Origin: the human T2T-CHM13v2.0 reference genome, Homo sapiens
DNA: 64,000 bases
Strand: one strand, 5' to 3'
Assembly: GCF_009914755.1 (NCBI RefSeq)
Contig: NC_060925.1
Numbering within the stretch: position 1 is the stretch's first letter; each line of letters begins with the position of its first letter. The notes under the pieces were generated by a model. It was given only the letters and a program-made list of their open reading frames with translations, had not been told where the DNA came from and made no database searches. The translations under genes and the position numbers were made by a program. Positions 1-16,082 of the stretch are shown piece by piece.

Positions 1-413
1 GAAAAATAGTTGTCCTGGCCCATATTCTGACAGATATTAAATAAAATCACTTTGTTCCAAACCTGAATTCCTGAGACCAAGAGTTTGTTTCCAAATGAGG
101 TTTAGGAGTCCAGCCTGAGCCCTTCTTCCTTGCCCAGAGTAGCAGGGTTACATACACTAGAAACAGAGCTACATAGTCACCCCTCCAGGCCTGAGAAATC
201 AGTCTTAAGGGAAGAGGGTCTTAGGCCAGGTGGAAACTCTAAAATACAAATTCTGTTGTGTTTTTCTTTAGTGCTGAGAACAATTGCTTTATCTAGTTGT
301 TTTAATCTCTGGAGATTTGTTTGATGTCCAGTGCAATGCAGAAATCTAGAAAACAAATGGCTGAACTAAGCAGTAGCAATGAGGACATGAGCAATAAAGA
401 GACTGAATAAATA

Positions 414-492
414 CATTTATGTGCCACATAATATTTTGGTCAAGGATGGATGGCAAATACAACGGTGGATTCAAAGGATTATAATGCCATAT
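414..492 (+). mobile_element. Tigger3a/MER7-like DNA transposon, 5' part
   Basis: Matches the Tigger3 left end (CATTTATGTGCCACATAA...TTTGGTCAAGGATGGA...ACGGTGG...GATTATAATGCCAT), preceded by TA; continues at 4433. Confidence 0.8.
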
Positions 493-522
493 TTTAAAAA
501 TTATTATTATTATTTAAATGGG

Positions 523-3072
<2,550 letters not shown>

Positions 3073-3840
3073 ATAGGTTTTTGGGGAATGGGTGGTGTTC
3101 AGTCATATGGAAAAGTTCTTTAGTGGTGATTTCTGAGATTTTGGTGCACCCATCGCCCAACCAGTGTACATTGCATCAACGTGTAGTCTTTTAACCCTCA
3201 GCCCCCAACCCTTCCCTCCAAGTCCCTAGAGTCCATTATGTCATTCTTTTGACTTTGCATCCTCATAACTTAGCTTCCACTCATATGTGAGAGCATATAA
3301 TATTAGGTTTTACATCTCTGTGTTACTTCACTTACAATAGTGGTCTTCAGTTCCATCCAGGTCGCTGTGAATGCCATTATTTCATTCACTTTTATGAATG
3401 AGCAGTATTCCATTGTGAATACATATATATATAATTGATTGATGAGCTTTGGGGCTGGTTCCATGTTTTTGCAATTGTGAATTGTGCTGCTATAAACATG
3501 CATGTGCAAGTGTCTTTTTCATCTAATGACTTCTTTCCCTCTGGGTAGATACCAGTAGTGGGATTGCTGGATCCAATAGTAGTTTAGTTCTACTTTTAGT
3601 TATTTAAGGAAACTCCATACTCTTTTCCATAGTGGTTGTACTAGTTTACATCACCACCAGCAGTGTAGAAGTGTTCCCTTTTCACCACATCCACACCAAC
3701 ACCTATTATTTTTTGATATTTTAATTAAGGCCATTCCTGCAGGAGTAAGCTGGTATCGCATTGTCCTTTTGATTTGCATTTCCATGATAATTAGTGATGT
3801 TGAGCATTTTTTCATATGTTTGTTGGCCATTTGTATATCT

Positions 3841-4432
3841 TACCAAAATAGCATGGTACTGGTATAAAAGCAAGCATGCAGACCAATGGAACAGAATAGA
3901 GAACCCAGAAATAAAGCCAAATACTTACAGCCAAGTTATCTTCAACAAAGCGACCAAAAACATGAAGTTGGGAAAGGACGCCCTATTTAACAAATGGGAT
4001 AATTGGCAAGACACTGTGGGAGAATGAAACTGGAACCTCATCTCTCACCTTGTACAAAAATCAACTCAAGATGGACCAAGACCTTAATCTAAGACCTGAA
4101 ACCATAAAAATTCTAGAATTTAACATCAGAAAAGCTCTTCTAGATATTGGCCTGTGCAAAGAGTTCATGATCAGGAAACCAAAAGCAAATGCAACCAAAA
4201 CAAAGATAAATAGATGGAACTTAATTAAACTAAAAAGCTCCTGCACAACAAAATAAATAATCAGCAGAGTAAGCAGACAATCCAGAGTGGGAGAAAATCT
4301 TCTCAATCTATGCATCCAACAAAGGACTAATATTCAGAATCTACAAGGAACTCAATCAAATCAGCAAGAAAAAAAATTCCCATCAAAAAGTGGGCTAAAA
4401 GGCATGAATAGACAATTCTCAAAAGAAGATAT
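3841..4432 (+). mobile_element. Inverted L1 ORF2 segment of the same L1PB insertion
   Basis: Translates to L1 ORF2 ([24 protein letters not shown]; LNLRPETIKILE..DIGL..WNLIKLKS). Confidence 0.9.
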
Positions 4433-4708
4433 AGTGCCATAGTCATACGGTGACTTTCCTTTGGTTACTTATGTTTGGATACAAAAATACTTACTATTGT
4501 GTTACAATTGCCTTCAGTATTCAGTAAAGTAACAATGCTGCACAGGTTAGTAGTCTACTAGCAGTAGGATATTCCGTGTAGCCTAGGTGCGTAGTAGGCT
4601 ACCTCATCTAGGTTTGTGTAAGTACATCTTATAATATTTGCACAATGACAAAATCTGCTAAAGATGCTTTTCTCAGAACAGATCCCCATCGGTAAGTGAC
4701 TATGACTA
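4433..4708 (+). mobile_element. Tigger3a/MER7-like, 3' part
   Basis: GTTACAATTGCCTTCAGTATTCAG...CTAGGTTTGTGTAAGTAC...TTTCTCAGAAC...ATGACTA followed by TA. Confidence 0.85.
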
Positions 4709-5423
4709 TATTCAGAAGGCAGAATAACAGAATCTGATCATTAATAGGATGTGAGCAATGAGAAGGTTGGACAAAATAAAGAAGCACTTTAATTTTGTAG
4801 AGTCAGCAAATATAAAATCCTCTTGAGACGTAAGATAACACAAACTGCTCATTAGAGTGTGGAATTTTACATTTTGTTAATTTTCCCCTAGTGGATGAGC
4901 TAAACATATTGCATAATGTAACATAACAATAAATATTCCTCTCTGTAGGGAACTGAGTGATTGGCCTGGGCAGAGACTCTCCCCTGCCATTCCTACCTTC
5001 CCTGGTCCAGTTTGGCTCAGCAAAGGAACCTTCTCATGCTAGATGCTGGTGCCATCAGAAGCAAGGAGAAATATAAACCACCATAATAGAACAAAGTGGG
5101 GAATTTTGCTGGCCCAGTGGCTTACCACACACTAGTTTGGATGGCAGTAGGGGAGGATTTTTTGGATTTGGTTGACAAATAACTAAATTATACAGATTAG
5201 GAGGTCAAATGATTACCTACCACCTTGGTGCCATTATATCCTTCCACGGAGCCTGAGTGGGAAAATATAGCTGTGGATTAATAAACTGGAGATTGTACTA
5301 AAGCCGTCCTTGATACAGGTTTCCCTCATGAAAATATACTGAACCCTTTATTTGCTTCTGAAAAGCAATTTTAAAATCCAAGAATGAAAGAACAATATCT
5401 ATTGGTTGCAAAAGTTGTAGCTG

Positions 5424-5425
<2 letters not shown>

Positions 5426-5467
<42 letters not shown>
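5426..5467. repeat. (GT)21 microsatellite
   Basis: Pure GT run. Confidence 0.98.
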
Positions 5468-5469
<2 letters not shown>

Positions 5470-5552
5470 CTTGCCTGTGTAACAACTCGAGTACACCTAA
5501 CACTGACCCCTTTCTCCCAATCCAGGTTAGTAGGTCAGGATATGTATTAGTA

Positions 5553-5862
5553 TGTATTTGTCTGGTCTTGCCTTGCTGTAAAGAAATACCTGAGACTGGA
5601 TAGTTTATAAAGAAAAGCTGTTTACTTGCTCACAGTCTCAGGCTGTACAAACATGGTGCTGGTATCTGCTTGGCTTCTGGTGAGGCCTCAGGGAGCTTTT
5701 CCTTATGGCAGAAGGCAAAGCGAGGGACAGGCACATCACATGGTAATAGCAGGAGCAAGAAAAGAGAGAGGGGGGAGATCCCAGGCTCTTTTAAACAACA
5801 AGATCTTGTGTGAATTTACTGAGCAAGAGCGCACTCATCACTAAGGGGATCGTGCTAAACCA
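5553..5862 (-). mobile_element. MSTA/MSTB MaLR LTR, truncated
   Basis: GCTGTAAAGAAATACCTGAGACTGG...GGCTTCTGGTGAGGCCTCAGG...TGCTAAACCA. Confidence 0.85.
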
Positions 5863-8004
5863 AGATATAAGTTATCTCTTACCAGATCAGTAGCAGGGCT
5901 CTTACCAGATCAGTAGCAGTGAAGTATGGATAAAGTCTTATTTCTCAGTGATCTAGTACCAGCTTTCTATACACCGTCCTTGTACGTGGCCTCTTGGATA
6001 CCCTGGGGAAATCAGGAGTGTAGTTTGCAATAAGGGATCTTCATTGATACCTTCTTTATCATCAGCAAAGAGCAGCTCATGACTATCTGATAGCTAGGCT
6101 AGTGGATATGCTCAGAAACTCCCTTATATTCACCTCCCTAGATCACAGTTTAGTTAATTCTGCTGCAGCATAATTGGGCATCTTCTTAACAAGAGGTAAT
6201 CTATACTATGGTAACAAGGAGATGCTAAACTGTTATATTAGAAGAAACAAATTAAGTCACCTAAGACCTATTGCTTGTGAAGAAAATGCAAATGTTCTAG
6301 GTTACTTATCTCTGAAAAAAAATTCTATATACCAAACTACATAAAAATTAATTCCTAACATCCAAGTATATTGTTTATGTATCTGTGTATTCATTCAAAA
6401 TATTCAAAGTTTGGTGAGATTACAGAAGCTAGATTACAAAAGGCAAGTTGAGTTGTTTTTATTTAACTCCCAGAAAAATAAGTCATTTAACATTATTAAA
6501 TTATGGAAATGAGTTCATGTATCTCTATATACATACCTTGAGATGCAATTTTTATAACGACACGTTATGTTGCAAAAATAAGACATGCATTTTTTGTGTT
6601 CTTGACTATTTCTGGAACATTGGCAAGTTTTCACCACTATTATACATATTTACTTATCTTTGTCTAAAAATGTATTATTTCACACATTGGATATTAATCT
6701 TTGTATGTATGTCTATTTTTGTAACGACCTCTCTTGAAGACTGATTCAATTTATTTTAATTTTTCAGTTAGCTGAAAATCGCAAGTTTTTATGGGAATGA
6801 AAGTAATTATGTTCTCTGCATGGATTTATTCGAAATTCAAATGAAAACAAAACCTAATGCTACAGTAAGACAATTTATGGAGAAATATTAATCACAGTGC
6901 CTCATTAATTAATTCATTTCACCTTCAAAGTACATCCGTGATGTGGTGATATTTGAAATTTTTCTCCTTTATATTTTATACTTTTAGTATGAGGTAAATG
7001 TGTAAAAAAAAATGATGTACTGATTCCTGCTGCTTTCTTGAGCAAAACAAAATTAAGCCTATCTACCTGAATTAGTAATAAAATGGTTGAAAAAGGGAAT
7101 AATTTACAAAACTGATCTTGTGTCAGTCAGTGACCAACCATTGAGAAGTCAAGTGTCTGATTTCATAAATAAATAAGGCAGATCAACTCACCTATTAACA
7201 GAAAATGTGTGTTTAAAATTCTTGTGAGGAAATTTAATGATTTTTGACCTGGCAATAGTATTTTAGAGGAATACATTTGAATTTATACCACACAAGTTGG
7301 TCTTTGGTAGGGAGTCAAGTAATAACTACATTTTGATTGTAATGTTTTCTGAAACATGTGGATCTGGAGCAATTGTGATGAAATGGATACTCATTGGCAG
7401 AGCACAGGTCTGGGCAAGACAGATCTCCAGCAGGTACCAACCCAGACAATTGTTATCTCGTGAACTGTGTTGAAGACCCTCAGCAATTTTATCCGAGGAA
7501 CGTAGCTCATTCTTTTGAATACATGGAGTTGTGAGGATTAAATGAAGTAGTTTTTCAGTGTGCCCATGTGCGTGACAAGCACTGTGGCAGACACACACAT
7601 CCCTCACCGAGAGCCTTTGCTGATGTATAACCCCAAATTTCTGTGAGGTGGAGGTCTCAGGCCTAATACTTCTAAGACTATAATAATTGAGTCTTAGGAA
7701 AAGAAACGAAAGATTGAACATGAAATCTTATGGTAATTTATTACAAAGTACTAAGGGAAGTAGTATTGAAGTCACATGTGAACGTAGAAAAAGGAGAGAA
7801 AGCAGTGTGGGTGGAAGGAAAAGCAAAATTCAGGGAGGTCGCTTTGAAGCACTCCTGTGTAGTCAGCCTGAAAATGAGCTCCCGCTTCTTGTTGTTTTCT
7901 CTTTCTGATGATTGGCTCTTTAAGGAGCAGTTTTCATGGAAGACGTGTTGACGTAAAAGCTTTCCCCACAGTCTCCTTGACTTCCTGCCCCAGCTCCGCT
8001 GCAA

Positions 8005-8478
8005 TTAAACGCTTGACTTTCTCCAGATCTCAGTCTCTGTCTGTAAAATAAAAATTACAAATATACTCTCCTGATAGGGTTGTGGTAAAAAGTCAACGAG
8101 AACATGCAAAGACAGCATTCTTTTTTTCTTTCTTTTTTTTTTTTTTTTAGATGGCATTAACCCAGGCTGGAGTGCAGTGACATAATCTCAGCTCACTGCA
8201 ACCTCCGCCTCCTGAGTTCAAGCAATTCTCCTGCCTCAGCCTCCTGAGTAGCTGGGATCACAGGCACGCACCACCACGCCAGGCTAATTTTTGTATTATT
8301 AGCAGAGACGGGGTTTCACCATGTTGGCCAGGCTGATCTCAAACTCCTGACCTCAGGTGATCCACCCGCCTCAGCCTCCCAAAGTGCTGGGATTACAAGC
8401 GTGAGCCACTGTGCCCGGCCAAAGACAGCATTTGACATAGTAATAGTACCAGCACAATATCAATAAACTTGTTATTAA
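8005..8478 (+). mobile_element. MIR split by an Alu
   Basis: CTCAGTCTCTGTCTGTAAAAT...ATAGGGTTGTGG...CAATAAA..TTATTA MIR core and 3' end. Confidence 0.65.
8120..8420 (-). mobile_element. AluS (Sx/Sz-like)
   Basis: Antisense Alu; TSD AAAGACAGCATT at 8108 and 8421. Confidence 0.95.
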
Positions 8479-9091
8479 ACCTTGAACATTCTCACATTGG
8501 CTGTTTTTTTTTTTTTTTTTTTACTGTGTAGTTTTTCCAGAAGCAAGCTGGTCCGCATACGAGTAGAATGACTAGTGAGCCTTGGGTAGCTCTGAGTCTG
8601 AGAAGCTTTCCTTTAGCCTTTTCTTTGGCAAGGACCTGGACAGGGATTGCCAGAGGGTTCAACTCTGAGGCCAGGTTGTGAGGGGTGAAAAGCATAAACA
8701 ATTCTGTTTTCTTTCTCCTTGAGAAAATATACCATTTCAGCTCTCATATCTCTTAAAGGAATATTTTATTTACTTAAAAATGTAATCTGATTGCCAGAAG
8801 GACTTTTGTCCTGCTAAGAACACAGACAATTATATGTAGCTACTTCTCTTTATGAAGTAAATAGGAAATTTTACATAACAAAAATAGCAGTGGTTGTATG
8901 TACAAATATAAGTTATTTGAATTTCTAAAGTCAGTACTTCAATTATTCCCTTAAATTAAATCAAATATTTTAATGGTCATTTATATTTACTTTATCGAAT
9001 CTAAATTGTTATTGTCCACATTGGAATAAAGTGAATATGTGTGAAATAGTGGATAATTAAGTGAATAGAATAGGTGTGAAATGGTGGATAA

Positions 9092-9323
9092 TTTTTTTTT
9101 CAACCTCTGCCTCCCAGGATCAAGCGATTCTCCTGCCTCAGGCTCCCGAGTAGCTGGGATTACAGGCATGCACCACCACACCTGGGTAACTTTTGTATTT
9201 TTTAGTAGAGATGGGGTTTTTCCATGTTGGTCAGGCTGGTCTCAATCTCCCAAACTCAGGTGATCTGCCTGCCTTGGCCTCCGAGAGTGCTGGGATTACA
9301 GGCATGAGCCACCGTGCCAGGCC
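9092..9323 (-). mobile_element. AluS lacking about 60 nt of the 3' right arm
   Basis: Poly-T joins directly to CAACCTCTGCCTCC. Confidence 0.9.
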
Positions 9324-10177
9324 CAATTTTATCCCCTATTGTATGAAATCTTTCTAATCCATGCTTATAATATAAATGTATAATATTATATATATTATAT
9401 GTTTATTATATATCATAATATATATTTTATATCGTATTATACTTCTCAATTTGGATGGAATTTTTTTAAAAACTAGATAGCTTTAAACATTAGTTATGTT
9501 TTTTGAAACCCACCAAAGCAATTAAGTATTGCATAAATATGCTTTTTAGAAACCATACATTTAAAGTATTAAGCAAAAAGTCTATCAAGATGGCTATAAC
9601 TCTTCAATATACAGTAATCGTGAGTGTCATTGGTTGCACCTTGCACTGTATAAGATGTGGGGAGAGGAAAGCTGCTTCTGCTCAGACAGTCCCCAAAGCA
9701 TCTGGAGGGCCGCATTGTGACTGACACGTATTCTTCTCCCCGTAACAGACCACACTCCCTCAGGTTTCTAATTTTTATTCCTTTTTTGGACTGCAGCTAT
9801 AAATGTTTCCTTGGTGGGTTTAGAGGACCTCTGTGGCACCTGTCAACAGTCTGCAGTTCTGTTACTGACCTGATTAACTCTCCAGTTGTCTTCTGGGCAG
9901 TACTCTCCTGGCATACAGCTACAAAGAATGTGGCATTTCATTTTATCCCAGGAACGGGGCAAGTAGGACCTGATGGAGTTAAGATTATACAAAATGGGAG
10001 TGGAGAGTGCAGGTGACTTAGAATTAGATAATAGAGGGAGTGTTAACACACTGCAAGAGAGTTAGGAAGGTTTTAAATTATGAAAAATAATTAACAGTTA
10101 ATAATCATCAACACAATAATTATAGCTGTGGTTTAGCAGATAAGTATGGCTTAGAGAATAATAAAACTAAGCGAAAA

Positions 10178-10297
10178 TATTGAGAGTTTTCTATGTGCCA
10201 GATATTCTTCTAAGCTCTAAGCATTACATACATTATTTAATTTAAGCATATAAACAAACAAAATATCTGTGAGATGTGATTTTTATTCTCACTGTAA
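10178..10297 (-). mobile_element. MIR fragment
   Basis: CTATGTGCCAG...CTAAGC...CATTATTTAATTTAA antisense MIR pattern. Confidence 0.55.
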
Positions 10298-10447
10298 TAC
10301 TATTCCCTTAACAGCGTATTCTGGAAATAATGGTCCCAAGTAAAATGAACACCCAATAACCCTTGTCAAAACACAATCAAGAAGCGTAATATTTCCTTGT
10401 GACCCAAACAAAAGTATATTTGATTCTTTAGAAAATTTTGGCTATTG

Positions 10448-10766
10448 AGCCGGGCTTGGTGGCTCATGCCTGTAATCCCAGCACTTTGGGAGGCCGAGGC
10501 GAGTGGATCATGAGGTCAGGAGTTCAAGACCAGCCTGGCCAAGATGGTGAAACCCTGTCTCTACTAAAAATACAAAAAATTAGCCAGGTGTGGTGGCAGG
10601 CGCCTATGATCCCAGCTACTCAGAGGCTGAAGTAGGAGAATTGCTTGAACTCAGAGGGCAGAGGTTGCAGTGAGCCGAGATTGAGCCACTGCACTCCAGC
10701 CAGGGCGACAGAGTGAGACTCTTTAACAAAAAAAAAAAAAAAAAGAAAAAAAGAAAAAAGAAAAAA
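10448..10766 (+). mobile_element. AluSg-like
   Basis: Full Alu with A/G-rich tail; TSD AGAAAATTT(T/G)GGCTATTG. Confidence 0.95.
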
Positions 10767-11558
10767 AGAAAATTTGGGCTATTGGCTAAGTGTTTTTTAG
10801 AAAGATTAAGAGATTATTTACATGCTTCTTTGGATTTCAGATAAATGAAAATGAAGCGTGGTGAAATAAAAAATAGGCTCATGATATTCCCACTCTGCCA
10901 CTAAATAAGCAGCCTTGGGCAAGTCATTGTCCCCTGGGGCCCCAGTTACTGGCCTGTTCTCTAAGTGGTGGTCCAGCTGTATGAAACTACAGCTACAAAA
11001 TTACTTAAGTGAACAATCAATACTTTACAAATTTTACAAAATGATTTTCAAACCTAGCATGTGCAAGTCTTTTGCCCCCCTTTTTCTTTTTTGCATTTTC
11101 ACAAGTTCTCAGTTAAGTTTCCACCATGAGTAAACAACACTTGGCAGTTTGTAACAGACGAAGCAATAACTACCTTTTACTGAATATCACGATTGCAGTT
11201 CAGAATAAAAATGGCCTGGGTATGCTGATTTCTCTGGGTGAGGAGTTGATATTTTTGAGTTTAAAGAAGTTGCACTAGCCTCAAAAAAGTTTAAGACAAA
11301 TGCCAAATTTTGTTGATACGTCACGCTAAAACAGAAAACAGCTGTGTGTTTTAATAGAATAATTTCAGACCGTTTTATTCTAAAAAGATGTGTAAATGTA
11401 GGTGCCCACCTCTTCATTCTTCTGGCATTGGTTATTAACCATTAGCTGATAATAGTAAGCAAAATGAAGTTAGCGACGTTTACCAGATAGCAGTTGGAAG
11501 TCATTACTTATGTTTTTATTATTATTTGAACATACAGACACCCTAATACATTTTACAA

Positions 11559-11968
11559 TGATCTCAGTCCATTTTGTGTTGCTATAAAGAAATATCTGAG
11601 ACTGGGTAATTAAAAGAAATTTACTTGGCTCATGTTTCTGATGTCTTGTACGGTTCAGGATTGGACACCTGCATTTGGTGAGGGCCCCAGGTTCCTTCCA
11701 CTCGTGGTGGAAGGTGAAGGGGAGTTGGTTTGTGCAGAGATCACAGGGTGACAGAGCAAGAAAGAGCAAGACAGGGGAGGTGCCTATCTCTTTGTAACAA
11801 GTAGCTCCCCAGAGAAATGATAGAGTGAGAATTCACTCACTGTGCCCCCAACCAGGGAAGACATTAGCCTATTCATGAGCAATCTACCTCCCATTGGACC
11901 CCACTTCCAATATCAAATCTCAACATGAGATTTGGCAGAGACAGAAAACCCATATGCAAACTATAGCA
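11559..11968 (-). mobile_element. MST (MSTB-D) MaLR solo LTR
   Basis: CTCAGTCCATTTTGTGTTGCTATAAAGAAATA...CAACATGAGATTTGG...CAAACTATAGCA. Confidence 0.85.
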
Positions 11969-14611
11969 AAAGTCTTTGTCAATCTAAGTCTTGACCTGTT
12001 TACTTCCTGTAAATTATCTACACATTACATTATAAGGGTGACTGAGGGTATGCCAATAATATTAACAACTGTCATCAAATATTATGTGCAAGATACTTAA
12101 GGGGAATCTATGTTACTTGGACAAAAGAGTAAAGGATCTCATTTAAAATTTCTTCTGTGCTATATGGAATTTTATTTATCTTTACATTAATCTCTGTAAA
12201 ATCATTAACACAATTATTTTCCTACTGATGCGTTGTGCCTCATTTAATTTTTGGTGTCTCAGTCAGGTATGTAATTATTGAAAAACCACACATGAAAGAA
12301 GCATGTCCACTGGCACGCTGTCACAGAGGACAGCCAAGCCAGTGCTTAGTTGTGAATACAGTTGCCCTGCTCTGGTGGCTTGGCATTCTTGAACTGCTTT
12401 GCTCCCTTTACAGAATCATCAATTGGTCTAGGGGCTGAGTCAATGAAGAAATGCAGCCCTGTCCAGAGACAGCCTTCAGTGACCCTGTGAACAGTAGCCA
12501 CGTTCATGTTCACATGTGCTCACTCTTTACAGTCTCTAAAAATTCTATTTTTTTATTGCTCTATGTTTCCTCTATTTAACCAGGTATAATCCTCATGAGA
12601 GAAAATAAGAGCAGAGGGGATGGGTACTGGAAAGGTATTTTAATGTCTCTCTTTACCAGAAAGAAAAGTATCAATTTCCCATATAGAATGTTGGAGAGTC
12701 CAGACCAATGAGAATTACTTTTATAACCATAATAGAGAAATATAATTAGATGATAATATGAAGAACAATTCAAGCTGGTTAATTAAATGTAAAATGGGTT
12801 CCCAAACAGCTCTGTCTTTAACTTTTATGCCAATAATAATGAATCCTGTGATTATATTTTGTGTGTATACAAATTTCATTTTGTTTTAGTAGAGACTTAC
12901 TTGAGATTGATTGTCATTTTTTTTTCTTTAATAGGAAAACATCATTTAAAATAGTATTAAGTGCATAGTAGAGCAACGATGCAATTTCATTTTTGAAAGG
13001 AAGATAAGGTACTAATTCAGTATAATATAATGTGAGATTTGGATGTGTTTTCTCTCATTCTTGGGTTGACCAAAGTGTGGGGAAATTTTATGGCTTTTCC
13101 TAATAACAAAGCAAATATCTAGCAGAAGAAATAATTATAACCAGTTTCTCTTACTACTTCCCAATATGTTTCTGCTGTGGTATAATTTGTTTCACCTATT
13201 TAAATGAATGGCTCCATGATGCTAGCTGATGTCTTTCAAAAAATCATTGCATGAATCAGATGAACTCATTTAAAAGGAAGAAAAATGAATTACCTGACTT
13301 TTTAAATATGTATGTATTTTCTGTCATAAGTCATCCAAAAAATTGCACTTAACCAACTTTTTAATTAAAAAGCGTGATTTTTTTTTTAAGTTGGGCTCTT
13401 GCTACTTAATTGGGAAAAGAGGCTGTAACTAGCAGAATCAGCTGAGGGGCTGTCTTCATCTCATTAGACACCGCTTAGCAGGAGAGTCCAGTAGTAATGT
13501 TAAGAAATGCAGGTGAGGGGAAACAGAAGTTTTTATTTCATGTAGACTATAGTTATAAAAAAATCATATGGATTATCACCAATATTTTATAGCTTTGGGG
13601 GTATCATTAATTTGGGGATCAAAAGTAGAAGTATTGAAATAAGTAGTTTCCTAAACAAGTTAAAATCGAAGGGCACCCTTGACTGTACAATTACTTCCAC
13701 AATGTCCATTCATTCACTGTTTAGTCATATAGTGCCTTCTATGTGCTCACATAACAGTGAATTCTTTGAACTTGGTCCAAATCCTAAGAATCATTACTAC
13801 TCATTGTTCTGTTCTTATTTCTCTTCTTGTTTTACATTCTTGGGTGATATCCTCATCCCATACGACCTCAAGAAGGATCTCTGTGGTGATGGTTAATCAA
13901 GAATAAGCAAGATGCTTGATTCTAGGTGCCAGATGTTTGATTAGCAGAGCGATTCAAAGAGATGTTTGACATTAATCCTTATTTTGGAAAACAAGTGTGT
14001 CAGAATTTTCCTGTAACAAAGCCCACACACTCAGTGGGACAAAATGACATATGCTGTATCCCATGATCCTGGGTCTGCAGGTCAGTGGGGTGGCGCTGCC
14101 TCTTCGTGCTGCTGGTCGGCAGGTCACTTTCCTGGGTACCTAATCAGGAGCCTGAAGGGATGATGGCAATTCAAGAGACACTTGTCTCATGCATCGGTTG
14201 GAAGTACGTGAGAGCAAGTGCCCGTCAAGCAGACGCATCTCCAAACAACTCTTTGACCAATGTAAGTCACAGGACTGAGCTCAAAATCAAAAAGGAGGAG
14301 TTCTTTTGTCCCTCATGGTGTGTTAGGGGTGCATGGAAATATTTTAAAACAATAAGCTAATCTCCCACCATACAAGGAAGGATAATGATTAACGAGCATG
14401 TGTCTAACTGGAGACAATAGCACAAGAGTAATATAACTAAACTTAATGAGGCAGAAGAAAGGGGAGATAAAGATAGCAGCATATGTTTATGACATAGAAT
14501 ACCAAAACATAATTGAGATGGTCAACAAAGCCAAAAGTTGATTTTCAATAATAACATTAAATATAGTCAAATGGGAAATTTGATTATGAAGTAGAAAGGA
14601 TAGAGAAAGAC

Positions 14612-14615
<4 letters not shown>

Positions 14616-14654
<39 letters not shown>
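14616..14654. repeat. (AG)n microsatellite, followed by nearby (GT)n at about 14705-14738 and (TA)n at about 14796-14814
   Basis: Dinucleotide runs. Confidence 0.95.
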
Positions 14655-14659
<5 letters not shown>

Positions 14660-15793
14660 AATGCACTTAGTTTTCCACTGCTTTATTCTTGTTTTAATTC
14701 ACTGGTGTGTGTGTGTGTGCGTGTGGGTGTGTGGGTGTTGATATGGGGGACATGTAGACACTTTTTATTTGCTTTGTTATCCTAACAAAAGAGTGTATAT
14801 ATATATATATATATGTTTGTATTTGTTTTAATTTTCCAGAATCTAGTTGTACTATAGTTGCTAGACCCTGCAGTGTGTCCAGTTTGTCATATTTCTGAAA
14901 ACTAAAGTCTCTAACACTTCACAGATCCCAGAATGTATGTGACTGATTCAGGAATGGGCCCTGGAGATGGAGGGATTAAATCTTCCCTGTGCTTGCTTTA
15001 GTTGTGGCACAGAGAGGACTCTGTGTGTGAAGGAATGAGGCCTTTACCTGAGAGAGTGCACTGGAAAAAAACACTATCTTTGCACTGTTACAGCAAATAG
15101 AGCACTTGGAGTGTGGGTGTGGGGATTAATAGGGCCCAGGTGGTGCTGAAGCAGACAAGCACCTCCTTCCCTTCTCAGGCTGTATGGGACTGTTCCCTGA
15201 AAGCTGCCTCCTCTAATAGTGATCCTGAAGACAATGGCTTTGCACACTTGGCAGGTAATACCCTAGGCTCTCTATCCTGTTTTCGTAGGCACCAGACAGG
15301 GTGGGGTTGCAGTAACAAATATTTTATTTTCTATGTCTCATTCTCTCCTGAGTGACAAAGCATTTTAAAGAGGAGAAGATGAGCATCCCAATATCTAAAA
15401 TGTCTAGTTGAGTTTGACAATGACATATCACCCATAAAAGCTGCAGTGATGAGGCAAACTCAGAATTGTAGAGGTGAGCAGGTGTGCATGTGCATGCGCA
15501 ACTGTGTGTTGTGACTACAATTTTGGCAAAAATTTACTTCCAGTTGTGTGCTAGATCTTAAAGTATAAAAATGAAAAGTTAGGTGAAGAGGAAGGTGAAG
15601 GAAAATGTTGCAAGCAGCGAGGATGACATAGGACATACTTAAGGGCTCTGAAGCAGGAATATATGTGCTAATTTCTAAAATAAATTAGCATAACAGGAAG
15701 CACGACTAGAGAGTTAGGCAGAAACCATTTTCTGGGGTCACTTGAACTTTTTAAGAAGTTTTCATACTCCATCCTGCCATTGCCGCCTCCATC

Positions 15794-16082
15794 TTTTCTT
15801 GAGACAGCGTCTTGCTCTGTCACCCAGGCTAGAGTGCAGTGGCATGATCAAAACTCACTGCAGCCTCAAACTCCTGGGCTCAAGCGATCTTCCCTCCTCA
15901 GCTTCCTGAGTGGCTGGGTATAGGTGTACACCACCCCACCCAGTTGATTAAAAAAAGTTTTTTTTTTGTAGAGATGGAGTCTTGCTGTGTCACCCAGGCT
16001 GGTCTCGAATTTCCAGCCTCAATCTTCCAGCCTCAGCCTCCCAAAACTCCAAGGTTACAGATGTGAGCCACTGTGCTCAGCC
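15794..16082 (-). mobile_element. AluJ
   Basis: CTCACTGCAGCCTCAAACTCCTGGGCTCAAGC; diverged, J-type diagnostics. Confidence 0.9.

Noticed and set aside
3794-4256. ORFs with RT-like peptides
   Set aside because: Frameshifted L1 ORF2 fragments
8504-8522. Isolated poly-T as a possible retrocopy tail
   Set aside because: No polyA signal at a suitable distance and no TSD found
14083-14100. CTCF-like GGTGGCGCTG (also near 37645)
   Set aside because: Only the 3' half of the motif matches
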